Below are positions 35,880 through 43,365 of a stretch of 43,365 nucleotides of DNA, piece after piece. The DNA lies in the IMG/VR virus record IMGVR_UViG_3300042863_001217. One strand, 5' to 3'. Below the pieces are notes generated by a model that was not told the DNA's origin, did not search any database, and was given only the letters and a program-made list of their open reading frames with translations. Made by a program: the position numbers and the translations under genes. The first letter of the stretch is position 1. Every line of letters starts with the position of its first letter. The DNA comes from a virus. Lineage: Duplodnaviria > Heunggongvirae > Uroviricota > Caudoviricetes.

Positions 35880-36708
35880 TTAATATTGCTTTGTAGTTAA
35901 CATCACTGTCTCCGCTTGTTTGATCTACTCTTGTTACGAATTCAATTCCAGCATCTGTCAAAAATACATTACCGTCTTTGTAATCTATAAGTGGTTGTTT
36001 TAGAATTAAACTAGATACAGTATCTTTTAAATCTTCTTGTTTGATTTTTTCAGCTAGTTCAAAATGTCTTTCGTAAAAGTGTAAGTTGTCTGCGAAATGG
36101 TAATAATCACCTAATTCTAAAGATTTATACTTGTCATCTTTTTTAAGAATCAAATATACAGATTGCATTAAGAATGAAAAGAACGGTGCATCAAATGTAA
36201 GACCATAGAAAACATCATTTGATCTCATCTGAATCTTCATGTTTAATTTATTATCTCTAATAAAGAAGTTAGCGTACATTGTACATACGAAATCTTTATT
36301 GCCTTTGAATTGAAACTTAGGTTGATTAAAGAACATGATAGCTTGACGACTATTGTCATCAGCTAATAATGAATCAACTACCCAACCAATTTGTTCATTA
36401 TTGATAACTAATGCACCATAATTTGAATTGATTTGGTTTGTACCTTGATTTGTGATACCTTTCCAGAAATTTGAAAATTTATTAATGTAACTAATATCTG
36501 TGTCTCTGTGAAGATACCATGCCATTTCACCTGCAAAGTATTTCCAATTGAATTTTCTTGATTCAAAATTTGCAATTGGTTTTTTAGGATCAATTGTTAT
36601 ATCAGCTAATAATAATTCTTTGACTTCAAGATCTCTCGGTTTCGAGAGATCTCCGAATGTGTCTATTTGTAATATAGCTTCTTTAAGTATATTTGAAAAG
36701 TCTGTCAT
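35860..36708 (-). CDS. dCMP hydroxymethylase-like enzyme (thymidylate synthase superfamily, T4 gp42-like)
   Basis: INSNYG, SRQAIM, KDFVCT (catalytic Cys) and MRSNDVFYGLTFD, with Asp at the base-specificity position. Confidence 0.8.
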   Translation of the reverse strand: MTDFSNILKEAILQIDTFGDLSKPRDLEVKELLLADITIDPKKPIANFESRKFNWKYFAGEMAWYLHRDTDISYINKFSNFWKGITNQGTNQINSNYGALVINNEQIGWVVDSLLADDNSRQAIMFFNQPKFQFKGNKDFVCTMYANFFIRDNKLNMKIQMRSNDVFYGLTFDAPFFSFLMQSVYLILKKDDKYKSLELGDYYHFADNLHFYERHFELAEKIKQEDLKDTVSSLILKQPLIDYKDGNVFLTDAGIEFVTRVDQTSGDSDVNYKAILSDYFTL

Positions 36709-36729
36709 TTGTTAATTGTTTTTATAGTA

Positions 36730-36756
36730 GTTATACTATAATTTAATAAATAGTTT
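36730..36756 (-). promoter_or_regulatory. class B promoter (AAAC-N17-TATAAC)
   Basis: Exact spacing; overlaps the clpC 3' end, upstream of the hydroxymethylase-like gene. Confidence 0.65.
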
Positions 36757-38751
36757 ATCTTCTGATGTAATCTTAGTGATTGTGTATTCTATATCTTTTT
36801 TAATACTTTGATCGATAATTGCATCTGCAACAATATCTTCAACATATTTTTGTATAGCTCTTTTTACTGGTCTTGCACCATAAGATTGATCGTATCCTTC
36901 TTTTACTAAGAAATCTTTAGCTTGTTTAGAAAACTTAAAGAAGTAACCTTCGTCTTGCATTCTATAAGAAAAGTTATCTAGTTCTATTTGAACAATTTTT
37001 AATATGTCAGTGTTCTCTAATTGATCGAATAAAACAATATCATCTAATCTGTTTAAGAATTCAGGACTAAATTTGTTCTTTAATTCTTTTTTAATAATGG
37101 AATCCATCTTTTTGCTTTCTTCGGCTATTGCTGAGCCACTTGCAAATCCAATTCCTGATCCAAAATCTGCAACCTTTCTGGCACCAACATTTGATGTCAT
37201 GATGATAATAGTATTTGTAAAATCTACTGTACGTCCACTTGAATCTGTTAATCGACCTTCATCTAATACCTGTAATAAAGTGTTGAATACATCTGGGTGG
37301 GCTTTCTCGATCTCATCAAACAAGACAACTGAATAAGGTTTACGTCTAACCGCTTCAGTTAATTGACCGCCTTCCTCGTGTCCTACGTAACCTGGAGGAG
37401 ATCCTATCAAACGACTCACATTGAATTTTTCTTGATACTCACTCATATCAATTCTAATCATAGCATCAATATCTCCAAATAAGTATTCGGCTAAAGCTTT
37501 TACTGTTTCAGTTTTACCAACACCAGTTGGTCCTAAGAACATGAATGATCCACTTGGTTTTCTATGACTAGCAACACCAGTTCTAGATCTTTTAATAACA
37601 CTACATAAAGCATCTACCGCTTTGTCTTGTCCGATAATCATTTTCTTGATTTCTGCGGCCATGTTCTTAATCATCTTAAGATCGTCAACTCCTAATTTAT
37701 TTACAGGAATTCCAGTTTGTGTAGATATTGTTTCAGCTATATCTTCTACTGTGATTTTTAATTTAGTCACCTTAAGTGACTCTTCCCATAAAGTAGTCTC
37801 TTGAGCAATTTTATTTTCTATTGACAATTGATCATCTCTAAGTCTTGCAGCAACTTCATAATCTTGTTCTTCGACTGCTTTTTTCTTTTGTAATTTAATG
37901 TCTTCAGATTGTTTCTCAAGGTTTTTTATCTTTGATGGAATTTTAACCTCTAGTAAATGTGTTCTTGCACCAGCTTCATCCATTAAATCAATGGCCTTGT
38001 CAGGAAGTTCTCTTTGTTTAATATAACGATCACTCATTCTTACACATGCATCAATAGCTTCATCTGTATATTCTACAGAGTGATACTCTTCGTAGTTATG
38101 TTTGATACGCATAAGAATATCAATGGTATCTTCAACTGATGGAGCATCTACAAACACTTCTTGGAAACGTCTAGTTAATGCACCATCATCTTCAATATTC
38201 TCGCGATATTCATCTAATGTTGTTGCACCAATACATTGTACTTGTCCACGTGCTAATGCTGGTTTAAGGATATTAGATGCATCTAAAGCACCGCTAACAC
38301 CACCTGCACCAACAATTGTATGTAACTCATCAATGAATATAATAACATTATCATTGGCTTTAAGTTCCTCTACAATATTTTTCATTCTCTCTTCGAATTC
38401 ACCCCTGTATTTAGTACCTGCTACGATGGTAGTCATATTCAATGAAATAAGTCTTTTATTAATCAAGACTCTTGCCACTTTCTTATCAACTATTCGTTGT
38501 GCGATAGCTTCTACAATTGCAGTTTTACCAACACCTGGATCACCTAAGATAATTGGATTGTTTTTCTTTCTTCGTGCCAAAATCTGACAAATTCTATGAA
38601 TCTCTTTATCTCTACCGATAATAGGATCCAATTTACCTTCAGCTGCAGCCGCAGTCAAATCCTCACCGAATTCATCTAAGAATGGTGTAGTCTTTTTCTT
38701 TTGGTTGCCCTTTCTGTTTTTCTCGTTTTCGTATCCGTCTGCTAATGACAT
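36736..38751 (-). CDS. clpC: ClpC-type AAA+ unfoldase lacking the N-terminal domain
   Basis: Two Walker A motifs (GDPGVGKT, GPTGVGKT), UVR M-domain EQDYEVAARLRD and IGF ClpP-docking loop; the ORF begins about 20 aa before NBD1. Confidence 0.92.
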   Translation of the reverse strand: MSLADGYENEKNRKGNQKKKTTPFLDEFGEDLTAAAAEGKLDPIIGRDKEIHRICQILARRKKNNPIILGDPGVGKTAIVEAIAQRIVDKKVARVLINKRLISLNMTTIVAGTKYRGEFEERMKNIVEELKANDNVIIFIDELHTIVGAGGVSGALDASNILKPALARGQVQCIGATTLDEYRENIEDDGALTRRFQEVFVDAPSVEDTIDILMRIKHNYEEYHSVEYTDEAIDACVRMSDRYIKQRELPDKAIDLMDEAGARTHLLEVKIPSKIKNLEKQSEDIKLQKKKAVEEQDYEVAARLRDDQLSIENKIAQETTLWEESLKVTKLKITVEDIAETISTQTGIPVNKLGVDDLKMIKNMAAEIKKMIIGQDKAVDALCSVIKRSRTGVASHRKPSGSFMFLGPTGVGKTETVKALAEYLFGDIDAMIRIDMSEYQEKFNVSRLIGSPPGYVGHEEGGQLTEAVRRKPYSVVLFDEIEKAHPDVFNTLLQVLDEGRLTDSSGRTVDFTNTIIIMTSNVGARKVADFGSGIGFASGSAIAEESKKMDSIIKKELKNKFSPEFLNRLDDIVLFDQLENTDILKIVQIELDNFSYRMQDEGYFFKFSKQAKDFLVKEGYDQSYGARPVKRAIQKYVEDIVADAIIDQSIKKDIEYTITKITSEDKLFIKL

Positions 38752-38776
38752 ATATTAATTTAGTTTTATTATAGTT

Positions 38777-38803
38777 GTTATATGTATCAATTTCATTTAG
38801 TTT
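38777..38803 (-). promoter_or_regulatory. class B promoter (AAAC-N17-TATAAC)
   Basis: Exact spacing, upstream of clpC. Confidence 0.65.
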
Positions 38804-39252
38804 ACAATATTATCGGCAGCGTATGCACCCGGTAAAAGATCAGGTTTACATCTAGCTTTAAATCCTAAAGACTCTACATATCCAACAGCTGCGCTAACTA
38901 GTTTATTGGATTTTTTAGCTGGATCTGTGTTGTAATCTAAATCTATCGTTGAGACTTCAATTCCATGTTCTCTTAAATATAATGCAGTTTCACATGATAA
39001 TTCGGTTTCCTTCCACAATCTTGTCCACATATCTCTAACAATGGGAATCTCTTCTCTTTTATAAATCACATGACAACCTGTGTTTGATATATGAAATACT
39101 ACGGTCACTGCATAAACAGTTTTGATAGCTTTGTTTTGACTATCGCATCCGAGATATATTTTTACATCAAGACCCTCGTTTTCTTTAAGAATATTTTTAA
39201 CGTATGAAGCTAGTTCAAATTGAGGTGGACCCGTTAGTTTTTGAAATTTCAT
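38797..39252 (-). CDS. RNase H-like YkuK (DUF458) family protein
   Basis: IYLGCDSQ, RLWKETELS, IDLDYN and KPD..AYAAD. Confidence 0.8.
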   Translation of the reverse strand: MKFQKLTGPPQFELASYVKNILKENEGLDVKIYLGCDSQNKAIKTVYAVTVVFHISNTGCHVIYKREEIPIVRDMWTRLWKETELSCETALYLREHGIEVSTIDLDYNTDPAKKSNKLVSAAVGYVESLGFKARCKPDLLPGAYAADNIVN

Positions 39253-39301
39253 TATTTAACATATTAGTATATGCTATTTATCTCAAAAAGTAGGGTATGA
39301 A

Positions 39302-39601
39302 TTATACGTAAAGTGTTAGTATATATGCAAGCTTATAACCGATGAATGCTCCTAATGCAGTTGGAATTGGAAACACTATTAATTTACCAAGATCTGTTAC
39401 GTATTTAGGTCTATTAACAATAGTTCCCATATATGAATAATATACTAAGTATCCAACTAATACTGCCCAGTCAATATGAGCCGAAATAAAAACCACAAGT
39501 ATGGCTCCTAAAAATCCAAAAATAAAGTTATCACGAGTAGCTTCCCAAATTTCTTTACGAGTTGCATCTTTCCATTCTTTAACAATTTTCTTTAAGCGCA
39601 T
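39302..39601 (-). CDS. small membrane protein
   Basis: Three hydrophobic segments. Confidence 0.75.
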   Translation of the reverse strand: MRLKKIVKEWKDATRKEIWEATRDNFIFGFLGAILVVFISAHIDWAVLVGYLVYYSYMGTIVNRPKYVTDLGKLIVFPIPTALGAFIGYKLAYILTLYV

Positions 39602-39604
39602 ATA

Positions 39605-40303
39605 TTATTGATTGATAAATTTATTGGCACGTTCAAGATCTTCTGGCGTATCAATACCAAATGACTTGTATTCTGTGAATTCAGAAACTACTTGGATTCC
39701 ATTATCCATCCAAGTCAATTGCTCTAATGAATTATTTATTGAGTTTTCTGAAGGTTTCAATTTAGATATTCTATTTAATGTTTCCTTAGAATATCCATAT
39801 ATTCCGATATGTTTAAATATAAAATTGTTTTTATCATAAACATTGCTCCGCGTAAACATCACTGCAATACCCATATGATTAGTTAAAATCTTAACTGCAT
39901 TCGGATCAATAGATTCATTTTCAATTAAGTCGGTTTTAAGAGTAGCTACTGAGTTTGGATTTGCCTTAATCAATTTTATAATTAGGTCAATATCCGATGG
40001 ATTGATAAAAGGTTCATCACCCTGTACATTAATAATAATATCGCTATTAATTGATCGATGTGCTTGAATAACTCTCTCTGTTCCAGTTTCACATTCGGTT
40101 GTTGCTATTACTTTAGCTCCGAAATTTTCAGCAACTTCAGATATTAATCGACTATCTGTGGCAATAATTACTTCATCTGCATTAGATTGACATGCTCGTT
40201 CCCAAGTATGTTGAATCATTGGTTTGTCACCGATCATTGCTAATGGTTTTCCAGGTAATCGAGTTGACTTAAATCTTGCAGGTATAATAACCGTCACTTT
40301 CAT
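39605..40303 (-). CDS. kdsB: 3-deoxy-manno-octulosonate cytidylyltransferase (CMP-Kdo synthetase)
   Basis: IPARFKSTRLPGKPL, TGTERV, NVQGDEP, KHIGIYGY, LEQL and GIDTPEDL. Confidence 0.92.
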   Translation of the reverse strand: MKVTVIIPARFKSTRLPGKPLAMIGDKPMIQHTWERACQSNADEVIIATDSRLISEVAENFGAKVIATTECETGTERVIQAHRSINSDIIINVQGDEPFINPSDIDLIIKLIKANPNSVATLKTDLIENESIDPNAVKILTNHMGIAVMFTRSNVYDKNNFIFKHIGIYGYSKETLNRISKLKPSENSINNSLEQLTWMDNGIQVVSEFTEYKSFGIDTPEDLERANKFINQ

Positions 40304-40899
40304 TATTGCTCTTTACTCTTTTGACCTAAATAACCGCTGTGATGTCTTTTTGAATATTCTCTTTTAGTGAAGCCAATTTTCTTCATTAACTCTACCACTA
40401 TAATATCTCCAATTACTGTCATCAGTGTTGTTGAAATAGTAGGTGTTAATCCAAGTGGACAAATTTCTTCTGAATCACCAGTATGCAATACAACATCTGA
40501 TTCGATTGCTAATGGACTGTCTATTTTACCAGTGATAGAAATTACTTTAACCTTCGGTTGTAAAATCCTAGACAGCATGATTAATTCACTGATCTCTCTG
40601 GTTTTACCAGAATTTGATAATAATATAAGAACGTCGTGTTTACAAAGAATTCCTAAATCACCATGTTGAGCTTCGCTTGGATGCAAATAAACAGCAGGTG
40701 TTCCAGTTGAACACAAAGTCTGTGCTATGTTTATACCAATTTGTCCAGCCTTTCCCATTCCACTAACAACTATTTTTCCACCTAAATCGTGTACTTGATA
40801 TTTGATTATATCCACGGCAGATTCGAATGAATCATTTATTGGAATATTTTGAATTGCTTCAACTTCTAGTTGAATTATTTTTTTAATATTATCTTGCAT
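40303..40899 (-). CDS. kdsD: arabinose-5-phosphate isomerase, SIS domain only (no CBS pair)
   Basis: GMGKAG, STGTPAVYLHPSEAQHGDLG, SNSGKT and CPLGLTPTIST. Confidence 0.9.
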   Translation of the reverse strand: MQDNIKKIIQLEVEAIQNIPINDSFESAVDIIKYQVHDLGGKIVVSGMGKAGQIGINIAQTLCSTGTPAVYLHPSEAQHGDLGILCKHDVLILLSNSGKTREISELIMLSRILQPKVKVISITGKIDSPLAIESDVVLHTGDSEEICPLGLTPTISTTLMTVIGDIIVVELMKKIGFTKREYSKRHHSGYLGQKSKEQ

Positions 40900-40902
40900 A
40901 AT

Positions 40903-42018
40903 CTAGTTTGATAGTGGTGCTTTGATTTCTGGATGTGATTCGTAATTTACCAGTTTAATTGAGTTCCTGTCTATTTTATTAAATTCAGTAATGTAACCAT
41001 CATAATATGTATACTCAAAATCTAATTCAATATTGGGCAATTTCATAGGTTCTCTATTTAATTGTTCTTTTGCCTGTTCAATATGATTAGAATATAGGTG
41101 AACATCTCCAAGATTTCCAATTAATTCATCAGGAACCATGTTAACGCGTTTTGCTAACATCATCAATAATAGACCATACGAAGCAATGTTAAATGGTAAC
41201 CCCAAGAATGTGTCTACACTTCGCTGATTCCACATTAATGAGATTGCTCGAGCTGGTATTTCATTTTCATCATATTGATTATGAGTGTAGATATTTCCAG
41301 CAGGGTTATGTGTATTATTCCATAATTTTGCTCGCTCTTCTAAACTCAACTCTCTTGTATAAACTTGAAATCCATAGTGACATGGCGGAAGTACCATTTG
41401 ATCAATTTCTGCAACATTCCATGCATTAACCATTAATCTTCTAGAATCTGGATTCCTTTCAAGATCTGCAATAAGTCGAAGTATTTGATCGTACCAAAGA
41501 GAACCGTGTCCTTTCGAACCATCATCGTTTTTATAATGCATCCAACCTTGCCATTGTCTCCATTGTTTGCCATAAACTGGACCTAAATCTCCAAGTTGGT
41601 AACCTGTCAAATCTGGAATAAAATGAGTAGCAGGACTTTTAATCTTCTCGATCCAATCTCGATCATCTTTGTAGTTCTTAATTCCCTGGATAAATTGTTC
41701 CATCGACATTGGATCTACACCATGTGCAACACATTCCTTTTCATATCCTTTGTATGCATCACCATTCCAAATATTACAATTGTTGTCAACTAAGAATTTG
41801 ATATTGGTATCGCCCTGTAAAAACCAAAGTAACTCAGTTACCATGGTTTTAAATGCCATTTTCTTGGTAGTCAATAATGGAAATCCTTCGGACATTTTGT
41901 GTCTAATCTGACGACCAAAAATTGAGACAGTTCCTGTTCCAGTTCTATCTTGTTTCTCGATACCATTGTCAAGAATGTCTTTAAGTAATTTTAAGTAATC
42001 GTGTTCTATGTTATTCAT
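40903..42018 (-). CDS. thyA: thymidylate synthase
   Basis: DRTGTGT, ELLWFL, LPPCH and RSVDTFLGLPFNIASY; carries two insertions. Confidence 0.96.
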   Translation of the reverse strand: MNNIEHDYLKLLKDILDNGIEKQDRTGTGTVSIFGRQIRHKMSEGFPLLTTKKMAFKTMVTELLWFLQGDTNIKFLVDNNCNIWNGDAYKGYEKECVAHGVDPMSMEQFIQGIKNYKDDRDWIEKIKSPATHFIPDLTGYQLGDLGPVYGKQWRQWQGWMHYKNDDGSKGHGSLWYDQILRLIADLERNPDSRRLMVNAWNVAEIDQMVLPPCHYGFQVYTRELSLEERAKLWNNTHNPAGNIYTHNQYDENEIPARAISLMWNQRSVDTFLGLPFNIASYGLLLMMLAKRVNMVPDELIGNLGDVHLYSNHIEQAKEQLNREPMKLPNIELDFEYTYYDGYITEFNKIDRNSIKLVNYESHPEIKAPLSN

Positions 42019-42172
42019 TTTTGTCTAGTCTTCTTTTAATTATCTCTTCAATAGAGGATTCAATCTCTTCTTGTGTATCATCATCTAAATTATACCACCA
42101 ATCATCAAATCCGCTTCTATCACAAAGTGCATCAAAAATTTCTAATACACATTTTTTAATTTGTCTACTCAT
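42011..42172 (-). CDS. small acidic hypothetical protein (53 aa, not in the ORF track)
   Basis: Manual translation MSRQIKKCVLEIFDALCDRSGFDDWWYNLDDDTQEEIESSIEEIIKRRLDKNE; overlaps both neighbours by a few nt. Confidence 0.65.
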   Translation of the reverse strand: MSRQIKKCVLEIFDALCDRSGFDDWWYNLDDDTQEEIESSIEEIIKRRLDKNE

Positions 42173-42384
42173 ATGAAAAGATCAAATGTTTCATCTTCTT
42201 CCACCCACATATAAATGTCTGTCTCTAATGGATTTGATTTGCCAGGAATATAATCAGGATTGCTAACAGTTTTCCATTTCCTACCACATCTTTTACATGA
42301 ACACTTACTCGGCATCCATCCGAAGTTATAAGAGTATTGATGTCCTCTAATCTTGCAAATAATTTGAGCTATCGTCCTTTTCAT
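42169..42384 (-). CDS. small putative Zn-binding protein
   Basis: CKIRGH..CSCKRCG pattern. Confidence 0.6.
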   Translation of the reverse strand: MKRTIAQIICKIRGHQYSYNFGWMPSKCSCKRCGRKWKTVSNPDYIPGKSNPLETDIYMWVEEDETFDLFI

Positions 42385-42784
42385 CTAATTCATGTATTTT
42401 AAAACTAATTTTTTGTAATGAAGCATTTAGTCTTTCTCGTGACTTTGCAAATTCTGTGCGAATCCACCCCTCACGACCTTCTTCGATCAAAGCCTTATTA
42501 ACAATTTTATAAATCTTCTTGTATATTTCATTACTTAATTGATCTGGACTCTTATGACTCGACATATAAAATATATCTTCACGGTGAATCCCTTCAAATG
42601 TTAAATGTAATTTTGCAGATCTGCTATAAATATCAACAACTTCTACTTGGACACTTACTTTGACAAATGGTCCAAGTTTGCTTAAAAACCATGGTTTTGA
42701 TTCATCCTCGTTTTTAGGTTGGTCTAATGAAACCTTATAAATATCATTTAGATATTCTTGTACAATAAATTCAGGATATGTCAT
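42347..42784 (-). CDS. hypothetical protein
   Basis: 145-aa ORF in the operon. Confidence 0.7.
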   Translation of the reverse strand: MTYPEFIVQEYLNDIYKVSLDQPKNEDESKPWFLSKLGPFVKVSVQVEVVDIYSRSAKLHLTFEGIHREDIFYMSSHKSPDQLSNEIYKKIYKIVNKALIEEGREGWIRTEFAKSRERLNASLQKISFKIHELDEKDDSSNYLQD

Positions 42785-42976
42785 TTAATCTAGATATTTG
42801 TTAAACATTTCTTTTGCTTTCTCTAATTTCTCAGTGCGCTCATCCATAATTACATTAATAATGAAGTTAGCTTCTCTATTAGAACATTCATTTTCAATAA
42901 TTCTAATATATGTTTCTACATCAACACCCAATTCTTCAGCAATAGCCATATCCATCATGTCATATAATCCTGCCAT
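42785..42976 (-). CDS. hypothetical protein
   Basis: 63-aa acidic helical ORF abutting its neighbours. Confidence 0.7.
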   Translation of the reverse strand: MAGLYDMMDMAIAEELGVDVETYIRIIENECSNREANFIINVIMDERTEKLEKAKEMFNKYLD

Positions 42977-42977
42977 G

Positions 42978-43205
42978 TTATTTCTGTTTTTCTATTAGAA
43001 TTTCTTTTAAGATAACACAATGCTCATAAAGTCCATCCTTTTCAAATGCTATTAATGCAGCGCGTAAATCTTGAGGTGTACCTAATTCTGCCCATTCTTT
43101 GAATTCTTGAGTACCACCCAAATAATCAATTAATTTGTTTGGTTGCACCAATTCACTATAAGCCTTGTCTAAAGTTTTAATGTGTTGTTCGTTTAAATTA
43201 TCCAT
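42978..43205 (-). CDS. small protein with a divergent C-terminal UVR-like motif
   Basis: ALIAFEKDGLYEHCVIL. Confidence 0.65.
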   Translation of the reverse strand: MDNLNEQHIKTLDKAYSELVQPNKLIDYLGGTQEFKEWAELGTPQDLRAALIAFEKDGLYEHCVILKEILIEKQK

Positions 43206-43209
43206 TGTA

Positions 43210-43365
43210 TTATTTTTCAGTTGATACAGTATAAGATTCTCCTTTGATATTACCTACACTTCTAGAAGTGCAACGCCAGCATAAACCTTTGGTTGCATTT
43301 TGATCAATGTACATTTTTTCATTGCAACCACCTTCTGGTGCATAGTCGCCCCATTTTGAGTTTTC
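43210..43365 (-). CDS. partial hypothetical protein (3' end) with a C..CxxC pattern
   Basis: Manual translation ENSKWGDYAPEGGCNEKMYIDQNATKGLCWRCTSRSVGNIKGESYTVSTEK-stop. Confidence 0.55.
   Translation of the reverse strand, partial: ENSKWGDYAPEGGCNEKMYIDQNATKGLCWRCTSRSVGNIKGESYTVSTEK

Noticed and set aside
34584-42998. Plus-strand ORFs opposite clpP, clpC, kdsB, kdsD and thyA
   Set aside because: Fully overlap well-supported minus-strand genes and lack recognisable motifs.
1-43365. Stop-codon reassignment
   Set aside because: Conserved enzymes are full length under the standard code, with normal TAA, TAG and TGA ends and tight gene packing.

Overview
AT-rich segment of a large lytic, T4-like or jumbo tailed phage, probably infecting Bacteroidota (inferred from a Bacteroidota-type bS21, TAnnTT-like -7 promoter elements and AT-rich translation starts without an obvious Shine-Dalgarno). 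Almost every supported gene is on the minus strand; the one exception is a 47-aa basic ORF. Left third (1-13.9 kb): nucleotide and RNA metabolism and host-takeover genes (HAD phosphatases, RNase HII, PhoH, ribosomal protein S21, DnaJ, RNA ligase, P-loop kinase, 3'-5' exonuclease, ATP-grasp ligase), plus a ~540-nt structured non-coding region with two non-canonical tRNA-like modules. Middle (13.9-33.7 kb): a glyco-modification cluster (GT25 fused to a PLOD-like lysyl hydroxylase, GT4, methyltransferase, KpsS-like protein, DUF2827-like protein) beside five long repeat proteins (two Thr/Ser beta-repeat proteins, one ending in a Hint domain; two Pro-poor collagens; one Ala-rich coiled coil). Right (33.7-43.4 kb): ClpP, an N-domain-less ClpC, a T4 gp42-like dCMP hydroxymethylase, KdsB, KdsD and ThyA. 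Five small UVR-like proteins are scattered across the window. Three recurring promoter-like motif classes with fixed spacing are visible. All family assignments come from motif recognition by eye; no searches were run.
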